Shown here: piece by piece, positions 40,047 to 49,673 of the stretch
Layout of the letters: every line of letters starts with the position of its first letter
How positions within the stretch are numbered: position 1 is the stretch's first letter
Source: an uncultured Acidobacteriota bacterium
GTDB taxonomy: Bacteria > Acidobacteriota > Terriglobia > UBA7540
Reading direction: 5' to 3'
NCBI GenBank assembly: GCA_963804995.1
Contig: CAWDSK010000008.1
Location: forward strand, 94,907 to 158,906
Length of the DNA stretch: 64,000 nucleotides
Program-made: the position numbers and the translations under genes
Notes under the pieces: model-generated
Seen by the model: only the letters and a program-made list of their open reading frames with translations
Told to the model about the DNA's origin: nothing
Databases searched by the model: none

Positions 40047-40613
40047 TTAGCGCAGCCACCCGGGGTCGCCGCCTTCGCTCCGAAGTTGCTGGTTCAAATC
40101 TTCGATGGCCTTTTCGTCATCAGCAATCTGTTGCTTCTTGGCATCGATGTCCTGGTTGAGCTTGCCGATATCACCCCGCGTATACTCTTGCTGGAGGGTC
40201 TTGTTGGGATCGTTGTAATACTGAGTCTGGTTAATGCCCAGCTTTTGCTGAAGGACCTCGAGCTCGCGCTTGTGCATGTCGAGGTTGCTTTGCAGCTCAC
40301 TCATTTTCGAACGGTAGTATTTTTCGTTGTGAGCTTCACCTTTCTTCTCATCAGGGTTGGCCGGAGCCGTCACGTCGGCGGGTTTCTTTTCCGATGGGCT
40401 TGGAGTCATAGCCGTCTCGGGGTTTGCCGTGACAATATTATCGTTCGTAATGACCTTAACAGGCTTGGGCGCTTTGGACTTCTGCGCCTTTAGCTCGCGG
40501 GCGAGATTGCCAAGTGACTTGTCATCCGGGTTAGCCGTTTGGGCCTTGACCAGGTTCGCACCAAGGCACAAGACTACCCATATGAGGATAGACACCTCTA
40601 TACGTGTTTTCAT
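40047..40613 (-). CDS. Exported coiled-coil hypothetical protein (paralog B)
   Basis: Signal peptide, SLGNLARELKAQK..KPVKVITNDN, coiled coil, GGDPGW end. Confidence 0.75.
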   Translation of the reverse strand: MKTRIEVSILIWVVLCLGANLVKAQTANPDDKSLGNLARELKAQKSKAPKPVKVITNDNIVTANPETAMTPSPSEKKPADVTAPANPDEKKGEAHNEKYYRSKMSELQSNLDMHKRELEVLQQKLGINQTQYYNDPNKTLQQEYTRGDIGKLNQDIDAKKQQIADDEKAIEDLNQQLRSEGGDPGWLR

Positions 40614-40749
40614 AAAAGCCCTTTCTTGAGGGGCGGCGCGGTCGATCCCTACCCAGAATCTACGCTTTTTCTAACCTAAAATCAACCCTTTCTGCGGTAA
40701 ATCTTTGAATTTGCCATCCCGGCCTGCTCCGGGCGAGGGATGCTCCTTG

Positions 40750-41034
40750 GGTAGTGTCCCAGTTTGATTGTAGCGCCGGGCTAATGGTCATTTATAGGTT
40801 GCAAATTGTTTCGACGCCCTGCGGCTGTAAGTAACCCCTCATCCGGCCTCCTACGTCAGCCACCTTCTCCCCCAGGGAGAAGGCTATGATCTCAGGGTTG
40901 CTACGGCGCCGCACCTTAACTTAAGCAACCGCCCTCTCCGAGGGGAGAGGGTGGACCGCAGCCGGCGTTTTCATCAGCCGGGGCGGGGCGGGTGAGGGGT
41001 CATTTGGGGCTTCTTTCCAAACCAGGACACTACC
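40750..41034. mobile_element. Miniature TIR-bounded element enclosing REP-like hairpins
   Basis: GGTAGTGTCCCAGTTTG ... CAAACCAGGACACTACC (15/17 inverted match). Confidence 0.6.
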
Positions 41035-41274
41035 GTTCCTTCCGCTCCCTCCCAATCATGTAGAGGTTTATGATGAGGCGAAGGTTGCTCTTCCCAGCTA
41101 TAATGGAACTCTTGGTCATGGCCAATCTCATGACACCCCCCTGCCCGATGTGCCTCCGGTCTTTCACGGAGAAATGCGGATGGCCACCGAATTCATTGGA
41201 CTTGGCAAGTCTGCGACCGACAGAACACAGCGTGATGAACCCGCGGTTTCGAGAACGTTTTCTTTGAGGCAAAA

Positions 41275-44080
41275 ATGGCAATTCATAGTGTCTATACCCT
41301 GTCAAAAGATGATGCTGAGGCACGCAGTTGGCTGAGTTTCTTCCATCGGCGCGGGTATACCCGCCTGGCAAACCTGGTCATCGAAAGGGTTTTTTGGCTG
41401 GAGGGATCAATCGACCTGGAAAAACTCATGCCCCTACTGGTTAACACCCTCTACCAGGTTCCGGCACAAGACTCACAACTCGATTCTCGCCAAGGCCCCA
41501 TCGTGGAAATTGCCTATCGCCCTGCGGTTACTGACCCGGAGACGCCCTCGATTTTGGCCGGCGCCCAGGCCCTGGGCGAAAGTGGTCTCGAATTCGCTCG
41601 GCTGAGCCGGCGCTATCAGTTCTGGGGCTCGAGGAAGCGGAGGCGAGAGCGCTGGCGGCCCGCTTCCTTTACAACAAAGTCGTGGAGAGGATTCGGGAGC
41701 CAGGTGAGGTTGTGGCGACGCTGCGGCCGAGTGGCAAACCCGATCCGGTCGGCACGGTCTCTCTCCTCAATCTCAGCGAGGCAGAACTCCAGACGCTGTC
41801 GCACGCACGTTCCTGGTACGCTCCGCTTTCGCAAATGAAAGTAATTCAGGCTCACGGACAGCAACGTGCCCGGCCCTACACCGACGCCGAGATTGAGATT
41901 CTCGTCCAAAGCTGGAGCGATCACTGCTACCACACCACCTGGAAGGGCCTGGGGTTGCTCAAAAGGTTGAGTGCCGCCACCCACCAGATCAACCATCCTC
42001 TGGTCATCTCCTCTTTCACTGATAATGCCGGCGGGATGGAGTTTGCGGATGATTGGGTGGTGACCATCAAGGGCGAGACGCATAATTTCCCCAGCTCCAT
42101 TGCGCCCTTCGGTGGAATCGCCACCAAGCACGGCGGGGTGATTCGCGACACCCTGGGATTTGGCAAAGGGGCCTACCCGATTGGCGGTACGACTGTCATG
42201 GGCACCATGGATCCGCGGCTGCCGGACGATGAGGTGCCGCCGGGAGCGCTGCATCCGGGGCTGATTGTTTCTGAATCCATTCGTGCTACCTCCTACTATG
42301 TGAACCCCATGGGCATTCCCATGATGCATCCTATCTACCGGTGTCATCCGGGCTACGCCAAATGCTTTGCGCTGGGACACTCGGTGGGGCTTATCCCCAA
42401 GAAGTATGCCCGGAAGGATAATCCCAGAGCGGGCGATATTGCCCTCTTGATAGGCGGCGCTACGGGGCGGGACGGAATCCATGGGGCGACTGCGAGTTCC
42501 ACGGGCATGACGGGGGAAACGCTCGAAAAGGAATCCGCGGCCGTTCAAATCGGGCACCCCATAACGGAGCGGCGCTTTACAACCGCGATTCCCATTCTCC
42601 GCGACCGGGAATGCGTTCGTTCGCTAACCGACTTGGGTGCGGGGGGGATTTCCTGCGCCGCCGGGGAAATGGGCGCCGAAACCGGAGTGCGGCTTGATTT
42701 GGACGCCGTTCCGCTGAAGGACCAGAGCCTGACCGCCTGGGAAATCCTCCTCTCCGAGTCGCAGGAGCGGATGCTGATTGCCGTGCCTCCGGAAAAATTG
42801 AATGAGGCGCAGTCGATCCTCGACCGCTTCGAGGTAGCCCACACCATCCTCGGTCACTTCACAGACACGGGTCGCCTGGAGGCGTACTGGCAGGGCCAGA
42901 AAGTGGTCGACCTGGAAATGTCGTTTCTATGGGGTGCGTGCCCGATTGATCCGATTACCTCGACGCCGGCCGAGCGAAACCTCACCCCCGTGAGCATCCC
43001 TGAGCCGCAAACTGCTGAGGCTTGGGCATGGGCGGTTCACAGCGTTCTAGCGCACTATCACTGCTGTGACCAAAGTCCGGCCGGCACACGTTTTGATTCG
43101 ACCGTCCAAGGCCGAACCGCGATTGGTCCGTACGCCGGCACGAACCACCGCATGCCGACGAACATTTATGTGTCAGCGCCGTTGCGGGGCAAGCCCGACG
43201 GCGTGATTACGACCGTGGCGTTCAACCCCCTTTACGGCGATATAAACCCTGCCGCCATGGCTCGGCTCATGATGATTGAAGCCATCACCAAGGCGGTCGT
43301 GGCGGGTGCGGACTACCGAGAGATGGTACTATGCGACAACTTCTACACGCCGCGCGTCCGGCCGGACACCGCTTTTGACTTGGCCGCTATGGTTGAGACG
43401 ATTGCCAGGCTTTCAGTTGAATTGGGCACACCGTTCATTTCCGGCAAAGACTTCGAGTTCGGGGACCTTGGAGGCCGGGGGGCGTAGAATCGATGTGCCC
43501 CCCACGCTCGCCGTTGCGACCATGGGTCGAGTCAAGGATGTGAAGGGAATCGTCACCAAAGAGTTCAAACGCCCCGGCAACCGTTTGGTTTTTGTGGGGC
43601 GCTCGGCCCCCCATGACTTGGGCGGGTCGGTTTATGCGGATTGCTTCGGTCAGCGAGGTGATCGTTTGTTTGATGCTTATGACTCCCCATCGATTCGCGC
43701 CCAATGGGATTGTCTGCTGAGGCTGCACGCGCAAAGACAGTACGTATCGGGATCTGCTATCGCCGAGGGCGGCCTCCTCCTGCGGCTATTTGAGGCCGCC
43801 TTCGGGTCAGGATTCGGGGCACGCGTTCGAGCTTGGGGGAGTCCCCCCGGGGCGCCGTGACGGCCTGCTGTTCGGCGAGTTCATTGGCTCTTGCCTGATT
43901 GAGGTTCCGGCGAATTGCGAATTATCTGCAATTCTCGCTGGAATCCCCTATTGGGATCTGGGGGAAGTTACTGAGCGGCCTTGCTTGACGTTAACGGACG
44001 GCGGCGCCGTGGTTTGGGAAGAAGGCATTTCGCAGCTAACCAAGAGTTGGACTAAAACCTTTCGAGAGGTCGTGGAATGA
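41275..44080 (+). CDS. purL: Phosphoribosylformylglycinamidine synthase PurL (three frameshifts near 41625, 43452, 43835)
   Basis: QSWSDHC, GETHNFPS, GRDGIHGA, DLGAGG, LSESQERM, PFISGKD/SSG, S..EGGL spread over four ORFs. Confidence 0.88.
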
Positions 44081-44817
44081 GCCAGGCAACAACCGCCATT
44101 CTCTATTCCCCCGGAACCAACTGCCACGAAGAGACCGCCGCCGCAATTGAACTGGCGGGAGGCAAGGCAGAATTGGTCCTCCTGAAGGACCTGATTGACG
44201 CCCACAACCGCCTCGATAATTATCAGGCTGCCGTGGTTCCTGGAGGATTTTCCTACGGCGACCACTTGGGCGCAGGGCGAATCTTTGCCACCATGTTGGT
44301 GGCCCGGTTACGCGACCAGTTGGTCAGATTTCTGGAAGCGAAGAAGCCCTTGCTGGGGGTTTGTAACGGCTTCCAGGTTCTTACCGAGGCGGGGATTCTG
44401 CCGGGTCGTACCCCCGGCGACCGGACAATGTCACTCCTCGAAAATCAATCGGCGAGGTTTGAAGATCGCAAAGTGCGGCTGATTGTCTCCGCCGAAAAGT
44501 GTGCCTGGACCGAAGGCCTGGCCGGGCAGGTCCTGCGCATGCCATCCGCTCACGGAGAGGGACGCGCCCTGTTCTGTGGAGCCGCAATACCTTCCACCCA
44601 ACGCGTGGTCTTCCATTACGGCGACGAAGAGGGCCGGCCCACTATGGACTATCCCAGCAACCCCAATGGGTCCCCGGGCGCCGTGGCTGGGGTCACAGAT
44701 GAAACTGGCCTCGTGCTGGGCCTGATGCCCCATCCTGAGCGCGCCTCTCTACCTGCCCAGTATTCCCAAGACGGCCTGAAGATCTTCCAGAACCTTGTCA
44801 AATGGCTGAAGCACTAG
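44077..44817 (+). CDS. purQ: FGAM synthase glutaminase subunit
   Basis: PGTNC, PGGFSYGD, GVCNGFQ, HGEG, MPHPER. Confidence 0.95.
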   Translation: MSQATTAILYSPGTNCHEETAAAIELAGGKAELVLLKDLIDAHNRLDNYQAAVVPGGFSYGDHLGAGRIFATMLVARLRDQLVRFLEAKKPLLGVCNGFQVLTEAGILPGRTPGDRTMSLLENQSARFEDRKVRLIVSAEKCAWTEGLAGQVLRMPSAHGEGRALFCGAAIPSTQRVVFHYGDEEGRPTMDYPSNPNGSPGAVAGVTDETGLVLGLMPHPERASLPAQYSQDGLKIFQNLVKWLKH

Positions 44818-45572
44818 GCGTGAACTCTGCGCTCGAGGCCCTGTTTTTCTCCGACGAGCTGGGGGAATAGATTGAGAAAGTCTCGAACGTCAATCTTGCG
44901 GCTGAGTACGGCCACGAGCCGGCTGAGGATGGCTGGAGTTTTGGGTTGAGTTATTTTAGCTAAGGTGGGGGAAACGTCCGTGAAATCCCAACGGAAGTCT
45001 GCGGGCAAGCCATGCGAGCGCAGAACTCCGACAAGTTCCCTTAAGGATGCCACTATCTCGCGATCTCTCCCCTGAAGCGCGGCAAGGAAGATCGTTAGAG
45101 TCGTTGACATGAGGGTAACCTTGGGATCTGAGGAGCCTTCGAGCCTGGAAAGGAGATCCTCCGCCTCGTCATAGCGTCGGCGGATAATTTCCAGCTCCGC
45201 CAGGTTCAGGACCAGTGCGGGCTCCGCGTTCTTCATCTGGAGGGCCCGGTGATACGCATCGGCTGCCCGATCGTACTCACCTAGCGCGGTTAGCGTTCTG
45301 CCCAGGACGAGACGCGGCACAAACTTGCTTTCCTCCTCCGGTAGGGCAGCGATCTTCCTCAGATAAACGAGCTGGTTTTCCCTGTCGCCAATGCCGCCCA
45401 GCAGATTCCCCAAACTTACCAGGGCTGCCGCCTTGAAATAAGGGTGCCCTATCATGACGCACTCATCGAAGCAGCTCATGGCGAGGTCGACATTTCCAGC
45501 TCGCCAATGTGTCAGACCCTGCTCGTAGTAGAACTTCGACTCACTGAGTTTGTCCGTGATCAGTGATTCCAT
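44814..45572 (-). CDS. TPR-containing hypothetical protein
   Basis: Helical TPR-like repeats (LGRTLTALGEYDRAADAYHRAL). Confidence 0.7.
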   Translation of the reverse strand: MESLITDKLSESKFYYEQGLTHWRAGNVDLAMSCFDECVMIGHPYFKAAALVSLGNLLGGIGDRENQLVYLRKIAALPEEESKFVPRLVLGRTLTALGEYDRAADAYHRALQMKNAEPALVLNLAELEIIRRRYDEAEDLLSRLEGSSDPKVTLMSTTLTIFLAALQGRDREIVASLRELVGVLRSHGLPADFRWDFTDVSPTLAKITQPKTPAILSRLVAVLSRKIDVRDFLNLFPQLVGEKQGLERRVHA

Positions 45573-45877
45573 GCGTTAATCTCGTTGTGGCTTGAGCCTG
45601 CATTCCCTGACGCAAACTCTGCTGCAGGGTAGAGGCATCAACCTTTCGCGTAATCAATAAATGTTGAGGACTTCAGCGGCGATAATCATATCACCAGATT
45701 AGAATTGCGGTCAGGGGTGATGTGTCAGTGGAGTTTTCCGACGCAGATATTAGTTGGTTGGTTAAGGGGGTTCCGTTCGAATCGGGATAGGTAATCGGGT
45801 CAGGGTCCGCCACCGCCGCAACATGCGGGCCCTGTGCCCGGTTGGGAGGGATGCAGGCGCCTCTCGAAGCTGAAGAG

Positions 45878-47857
45878 CTAATCCTCAACTTCCCCCTCCT
45901 GCTCCTCAATCACCTTCGTGGTTTCTTCCCACTCCCGCATCAGGCGGGCCATTTCTTCGCGACCCTGCTCGATTAGCCGGGCCAGCCGCGTGCTTTCCTC
46001 AGCGCTTCGGAAATGCGCCAGGTCCTGTCCATAGCCCTCGATCCGGGCTTCCAGTTGAGCCACCTGCTCTTCAATCTCGCGGCAGCGGTCCTTCATCTGC
46101 CCGAGGCGAATGGGATTGACCCGTTTCGCCTTGACCGAGGTGGCAGTCGCGGGCGGCGTGGCAGGCGGCGCAGCCTCCCGGGCGCGACGCGCCCGCCCCC
46201 GTTCTCCCACCAGGTCCGGGAGCCCGGGCAGGGTGAGATCGATTTCCTTTCCCTCCTTGCGCCACAGATAATCTTCGTAGTTGCCGGGATAGACATTGAC
46301 TTCACCGTTGCCGATCTCGAACACGCGCGTGGCCAGCTTGTCGATGAAGTAGCGGTCGTGCGACACGAACACCACCGTGCCGGTATATTCCGCCAGCGAT
46401 TCCAGCAGCACGTCTTTGGCGCGCAGGTCGAGGTGGTTGGTGGGTTCATCGAGCAGCAGGAAATTTGAGGGGCGCACCAGCATGCGCGCCAGGGCATAGC
46501 GATTGCGCTCGCCGCCGGAGAGCACCCCGATGCGCTTGAACACGTCATCTTCAGTAAACAGGAAGCAGCCCAGCAGGCCGCGCAGGTGCGTCTGGGTGCC
46601 GAGTTCCATGGGCGCCACGCGCGCCAGGTTGTCGAGCAGCCGCGCCTCCGGGTCAAGCGCCTTATACTGGTCCTGAGCGAAATAATCCGCCTCCACGTGG
46701 TGCCCCAGCTTGAACTCTCCGGCCGCCAGCGGTTCGATGCCGGCCAGCAACTTGATCAGGGTGGATTTCCCCGCGCCATTCACGCCCACCAGCGCCACGC
46801 GGTCACGCCGATCGACGGTGAAGCTGACGTCGCGGAACACCAGCTTCGTGCCGTAGCTTTTCGCCACGTGTTTGAACTCCGCCACGGTGCGGCCGCTGGG
46901 TTTGGGTTGCGGGAAGCTGAAGTGGATGGTTTTCTCATCCGGCGGGATTTCGACCCGCTCCATGCGCTCCAGTTCCTTGATGCGGCTCTGCACCTGTTTG
47001 GCCTTGGTGGCGGTGTAGCGGAAGCGGTTGATGAACACTTCGAGCTGCTCGATGCGATCCTTCTGGTTCTGGTAGGCCGCTTCGATCTGGGCGCGCCGGG
47101 CCGTCTTCTCCGTCAGGTATTTCTCGTAATTGCCGCTATAGGAGTGGACGCGCTGATTCCAGATTTCAACCATCTTGTTGACGGTGACGTTGAGGAAGTA
47201 GCGGTCGTGCGAGATCACCACGTAAGCGTGCGGATAATCGTGCAGATACTCTTCCAGCCAGTTGCGGGCTTCGAGGTCAAGGTGATTGGTGGGCTCATCG
47301 AGGAGCAGCAGGTTGGGTTTTTCGAGCAGCAGCTTGGCCAGCGCGATGCGCATCTGCCAGCCGCCGGAGAATTCTTCCGTGCGACGGTGCCAGTCGGAGG
47401 GCGGAAATCCCAACCCCGCCAGCACGGTTCCGGCCTGCGCCTCGACCGAGTAGCCGTCGCGGTGTCGAAACTCGGTGTCGAGCGCATGGAAGCGTTCGCT
47501 CACCTGCTGGAACTCTTCTCCATGGGGATCGATCTCCGCCATCTTCCCCATGAGACTTTCCATTTCCTGTTCCATGGAGAGCAGGTCGCCGAAGACCGAC
47601 ATGCACTCGGCCAGCACCGTGCGACCGGAAAGGGTCAGGCCGTCCTGGGGCAGGTAGCTGGCCGTAATCCCCTTGGCGAAGGTGATGTCACCGTAATCCA
47701 GCGGCTCCAGGCGCGCCAGGACTTTGAGCAGCGTGGTCTTGCCCGTGCCGTTCGCGCCCACCAGGCCCACGCGATCGCGCGGCGTGATCAGCCAATCGAG
47801 ATTTTCAAACAACATTTTTGGGCCGAAACGTTTTCCGGCGGAAGAGAGTTGAATCAT
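45878..47857 (-). CDS. ABC-F family ATPase
   Basis: Two ABC domains (GANGTGKT, FSGGW, LLLDEPTNHLD twice), no TM segments. Confidence 0.95.
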   Translation of the reverse strand: MIQLSSAGKRFGPKMLFENLDWLITPRDRVGLVGANGTGKTTLLKVLARLEPLDYGDITFAKGITASYLPQDGLTLSGRTVLAECMSVFGDLLSMEQEMESLMGKMAEIDPHGEEFQQVSERFHALDTEFRHRDGYSVEAQAGTVLAGLGFPPSDWHRRTEEFSGGWQMRIALAKLLLEKPNLLLLDEPTNHLDLEARNWLEEYLHDYPHAYVVISHDRYFLNVTVNKMVEIWNQRVHSYSGNYEKYLTEKTARRAQIEAAYQNQKDRIEQLEVFINRFRYTATKAKQVQSRIKELERMERVEIPPDEKTIHFSFPQPKPSGRTVAEFKHVAKSYGTKLVFRDVSFTVDRRDRVALVGVNGAGKSTLIKLLAGIEPLAAGEFKLGHHVEADYFAQDQYKALDPEARLLDNLARVAPMELGTQTHLRGLLGCFLFTEDDVFKRIGVLSGGERNRYALARMLVRPSNFLLLDEPTNHLDLRAKDVLLESLAEYTGTVVFVSHDRYFIDKLATRVFEIGNGEVNVYPGNYEDYLWRKEGKEIDLTLPGLPDLVGERGRARRAREAAPPATPPATATSVKAKRVNPIRLGQMKDRCREIEEQVAQLEARIEGYGQDLAHFRSAEESTRLARLIEQGREEMARLMREWEETTKVIEEQEGEVED

Positions 47858-47866
47858 ATGGTTGGT

Positions 47867-48475
47867 TTACGAAGATGCTTCCTGGAACAGGCAGACCACG
47901 GCCTCGGTCTCCCCACTTTTGTCGCGAATAGGGAACACCGAAACCACGATCGCCCGCGTGCTTCCGTCCCGGTTCTGGTATTCGACTTTTTGCTTGCGCG
48001 TTTCCACCGCGGTTTTGAGAGCCGCGGCGATCATTTCCGCCAGTTTGGGAATGGATTCCAGGATTTCCCGGTAGCGGCGGCGCGACCAGGTGTCTACCGC
48101 CAGGATATTGCTGACGTGGGCGTTAGTTAACGTGATTAAGCCTTCCCGGTCAAAGACCATGAGGCCCTGGTCGACTTCTCGCGCGATCAATTCAAGTTTC
48201 CTGGCGTTTTCGTCGGCGAGCCGGTCTACGGCCAGAAGTTTTTCCTGGGCCGTTCTCTGCTCACCCTTCAAATCAGCGATGACGGCCTGCATCGTGGCGA
48301 GCGTAAATGCCGACTCGTTAATGGCCCGCACCCGGGGTGGTTTGAAGTCCACAGGTTTCGCGGCTTGACGCAGGGAGCGGTGCACCAGGTAGAGGCCCAG
48401 GATCATGACCACCACTATGATCACGGCGCCGGCGATCAGAAGAGTCAGATTTAGAACCTGGGGGTGGGAAGTCAT
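47867..48475 (-). CDS. TM + coiled coil + PAS domain protein without output domain
   Basis: N-terminal TM, GLMVFDREGLITLTN...VSVFPIRDKSGETEAVVCLF then stop. Confidence 0.7.
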   Translation of the reverse strand: MTSHPQVLNLTLLIAGAVIIVVVMILGLYLVHRSLRQAAKPVDFKPPRVRAINESAFTLATMQAVIADLKGEQRTAQEKLLAVDRLADENARKLELIAREVDQGLMVFDREGLITLTNAHVSNILAVDTWSRRRYREILESIPKLAEMIAAALKTAVETRKQKVEYQNRDGSTRAIVVSVFPIRDKSGETEAVVCLFQEASS

Positions 48476-48476
48476 T

Positions 48477-49319
48477 TCAACCCGCGATTCCTGACCAATG
48501 AAGATAAAGGTTGAGGAGCCGCCCTCCATCGAGACAAGTGTAAATCGCCGCAACCCCCAGGAACGTGCCATACGGCCAGGCGTAATCGCGAAAACGCCGG
48601 TTAATCGCAGTCATGCCCAGGGCGAGGATCGATCCCCCCAAGGAGCCGAGGAAGATCGTCATCAAAGTCAGGGGCACTCCCAGAAACGTCCCTACCATCA
48701 ACATTAGCATGACGTTCCCGAAGCCGAGGTACTCCTTCTGCCTGCCCCCCAACACGTAGAAGGCTTCGCCCACCAGGTAGAAGAGCCCGCCTCCCACCAG
48801 CGCCCCACCCAGAGCTCCCGCTACCGAAAGAGTCGTGGGAGCAAGATAGAAATCGAAGTGCCGACTGAGCCCTCCCAGCGCCCGGCTATCCACCGGTATA
48901 AAGAAGCTGAACAGCAGTCCCAGCCCGATCCCGAATCCGGTAACTGCATGGGGAATGCGACGATCGAAGAGGTCCGTGAAGATCAGAACGATCAACATCA
49001 TCCCGAACAGGGCGTATTTGATAAACTCGGGACTTACCCCGTATTGGTGGAAGGTCAGCATCACGAGGGTGGCGGTCAAGGCCTCGATGAACGGATAAAT
49101 CGGGGAGATTGACGTGTGGCAGTCCCGGCAATGCCCGCGCAAGATCAAATAGCTCAGGACGGGGACGTTGTCATACCAGCGGATAAGGTGATCGCAGCCC
49201 GGACAGTGTGAGCGGGGAAGCACAATGGATTGATGGCGAGGCAGCCGGTAGATGCAGACATTCAGAAAGCTTCCAAAGATCAGCCCGAACAGCCCTATGA
49301 CAATGTAGATAATAGCCAC
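48477..49319 (-). CDS. pilD: Prepilin peptidase A24 family (second catalytic motif reads GFGN)
   Basis: GSFLNVCIYRLP, SHCPGC, CRDC, FTDL, GFGNV, PYGTFL. Confidence 0.88.
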   Translation of the reverse strand: MAIIYIVIGLFGLIFGSFLNVCIYRLPRHQSIVLPRSHCPGCDHLIRWYDNVPVLSYLILRGHCRDCHTSISPIYPFIEALTATLVMLTFHQYGVSPEFIKYALFGMMLIVLIFTDLFDRRIPHAVTGFGIGLGLLFSFFIPVDSRALGGLSRHFDFYLAPTTLSVAGALGGALVGGGLFYLVGEAFYVLGGRQKEYLGFGNVMLMLMVGTFLGVPLTLMTIFLGSLGGSILALGMTAINRRFRDYAWPYGTFLGVAAIYTCLDGGRLLNLYLHWSGIAG

Positions 49320-49356
49320 GCGATGAGGCTCCAGGAGTCAGATGCCATGAAAGATT

Positions 49357-49439
49357 GAAACTCGAAACTCGCAATTCGCAATTCGAAACTCGCGAGCTAT
49401 GCATCGATTTTCGAGTTTCGAATTTCGAGTTTCGATTTC
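49357..49439. repeat. 7-mer inverted array (GAAACTC / GAGTTTC)
   Basis: GAAACTCGAAACTCGCAATTCG... vs CGAGTTTCGAATTTCGAGTTTC. Confidence 0.85.
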
Positions 49440-49444
49440 ACCAA

Positions 49445-49673
49445 CTAGTGTCGTGTCTCAGAAGTTCGCCGAAAAAGTCTCACTGGGTTCAAAGGCGACC
49501 CCCTCACCCCCCGGCCCCTCTCCCCCAAAGGGGCGAGGGGAGAGTTAATCTGAATTTGTCGCCCTCGCCCCCTTGGGGGAGAGGGTGGACCGCCACCGGC
49601 GTTTTCATCAGCCGGGGCGGGACGGGTGAGGGGGTTCTCTAATAATCAGCGAACTTCTGAGACACTACACTAG
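49445..49673. mobile_element. MITE-like element with 25-bp TIRs ending in CTAG, enclosing REP-like hairpins
   Basis: CTAGTGTCGTGTCTCAGAAGTTCGC ... GCGAACTTCTGAGACACTACACTAG (24/25). Confidence 0.75.

Noticed and set aside
45691..45909. Small ORF as a signalling peptide for the downstream TPR protein
   Set aside because: Start overlaps ABC-F, no convincing RBS or signal peptide
46586..48130. Long antisense ORFs (also 12767-13987, 55289-56698, 62395-63420)
   Set aside because: Shadow ORFs opposite well-supported genes, expected at high GC
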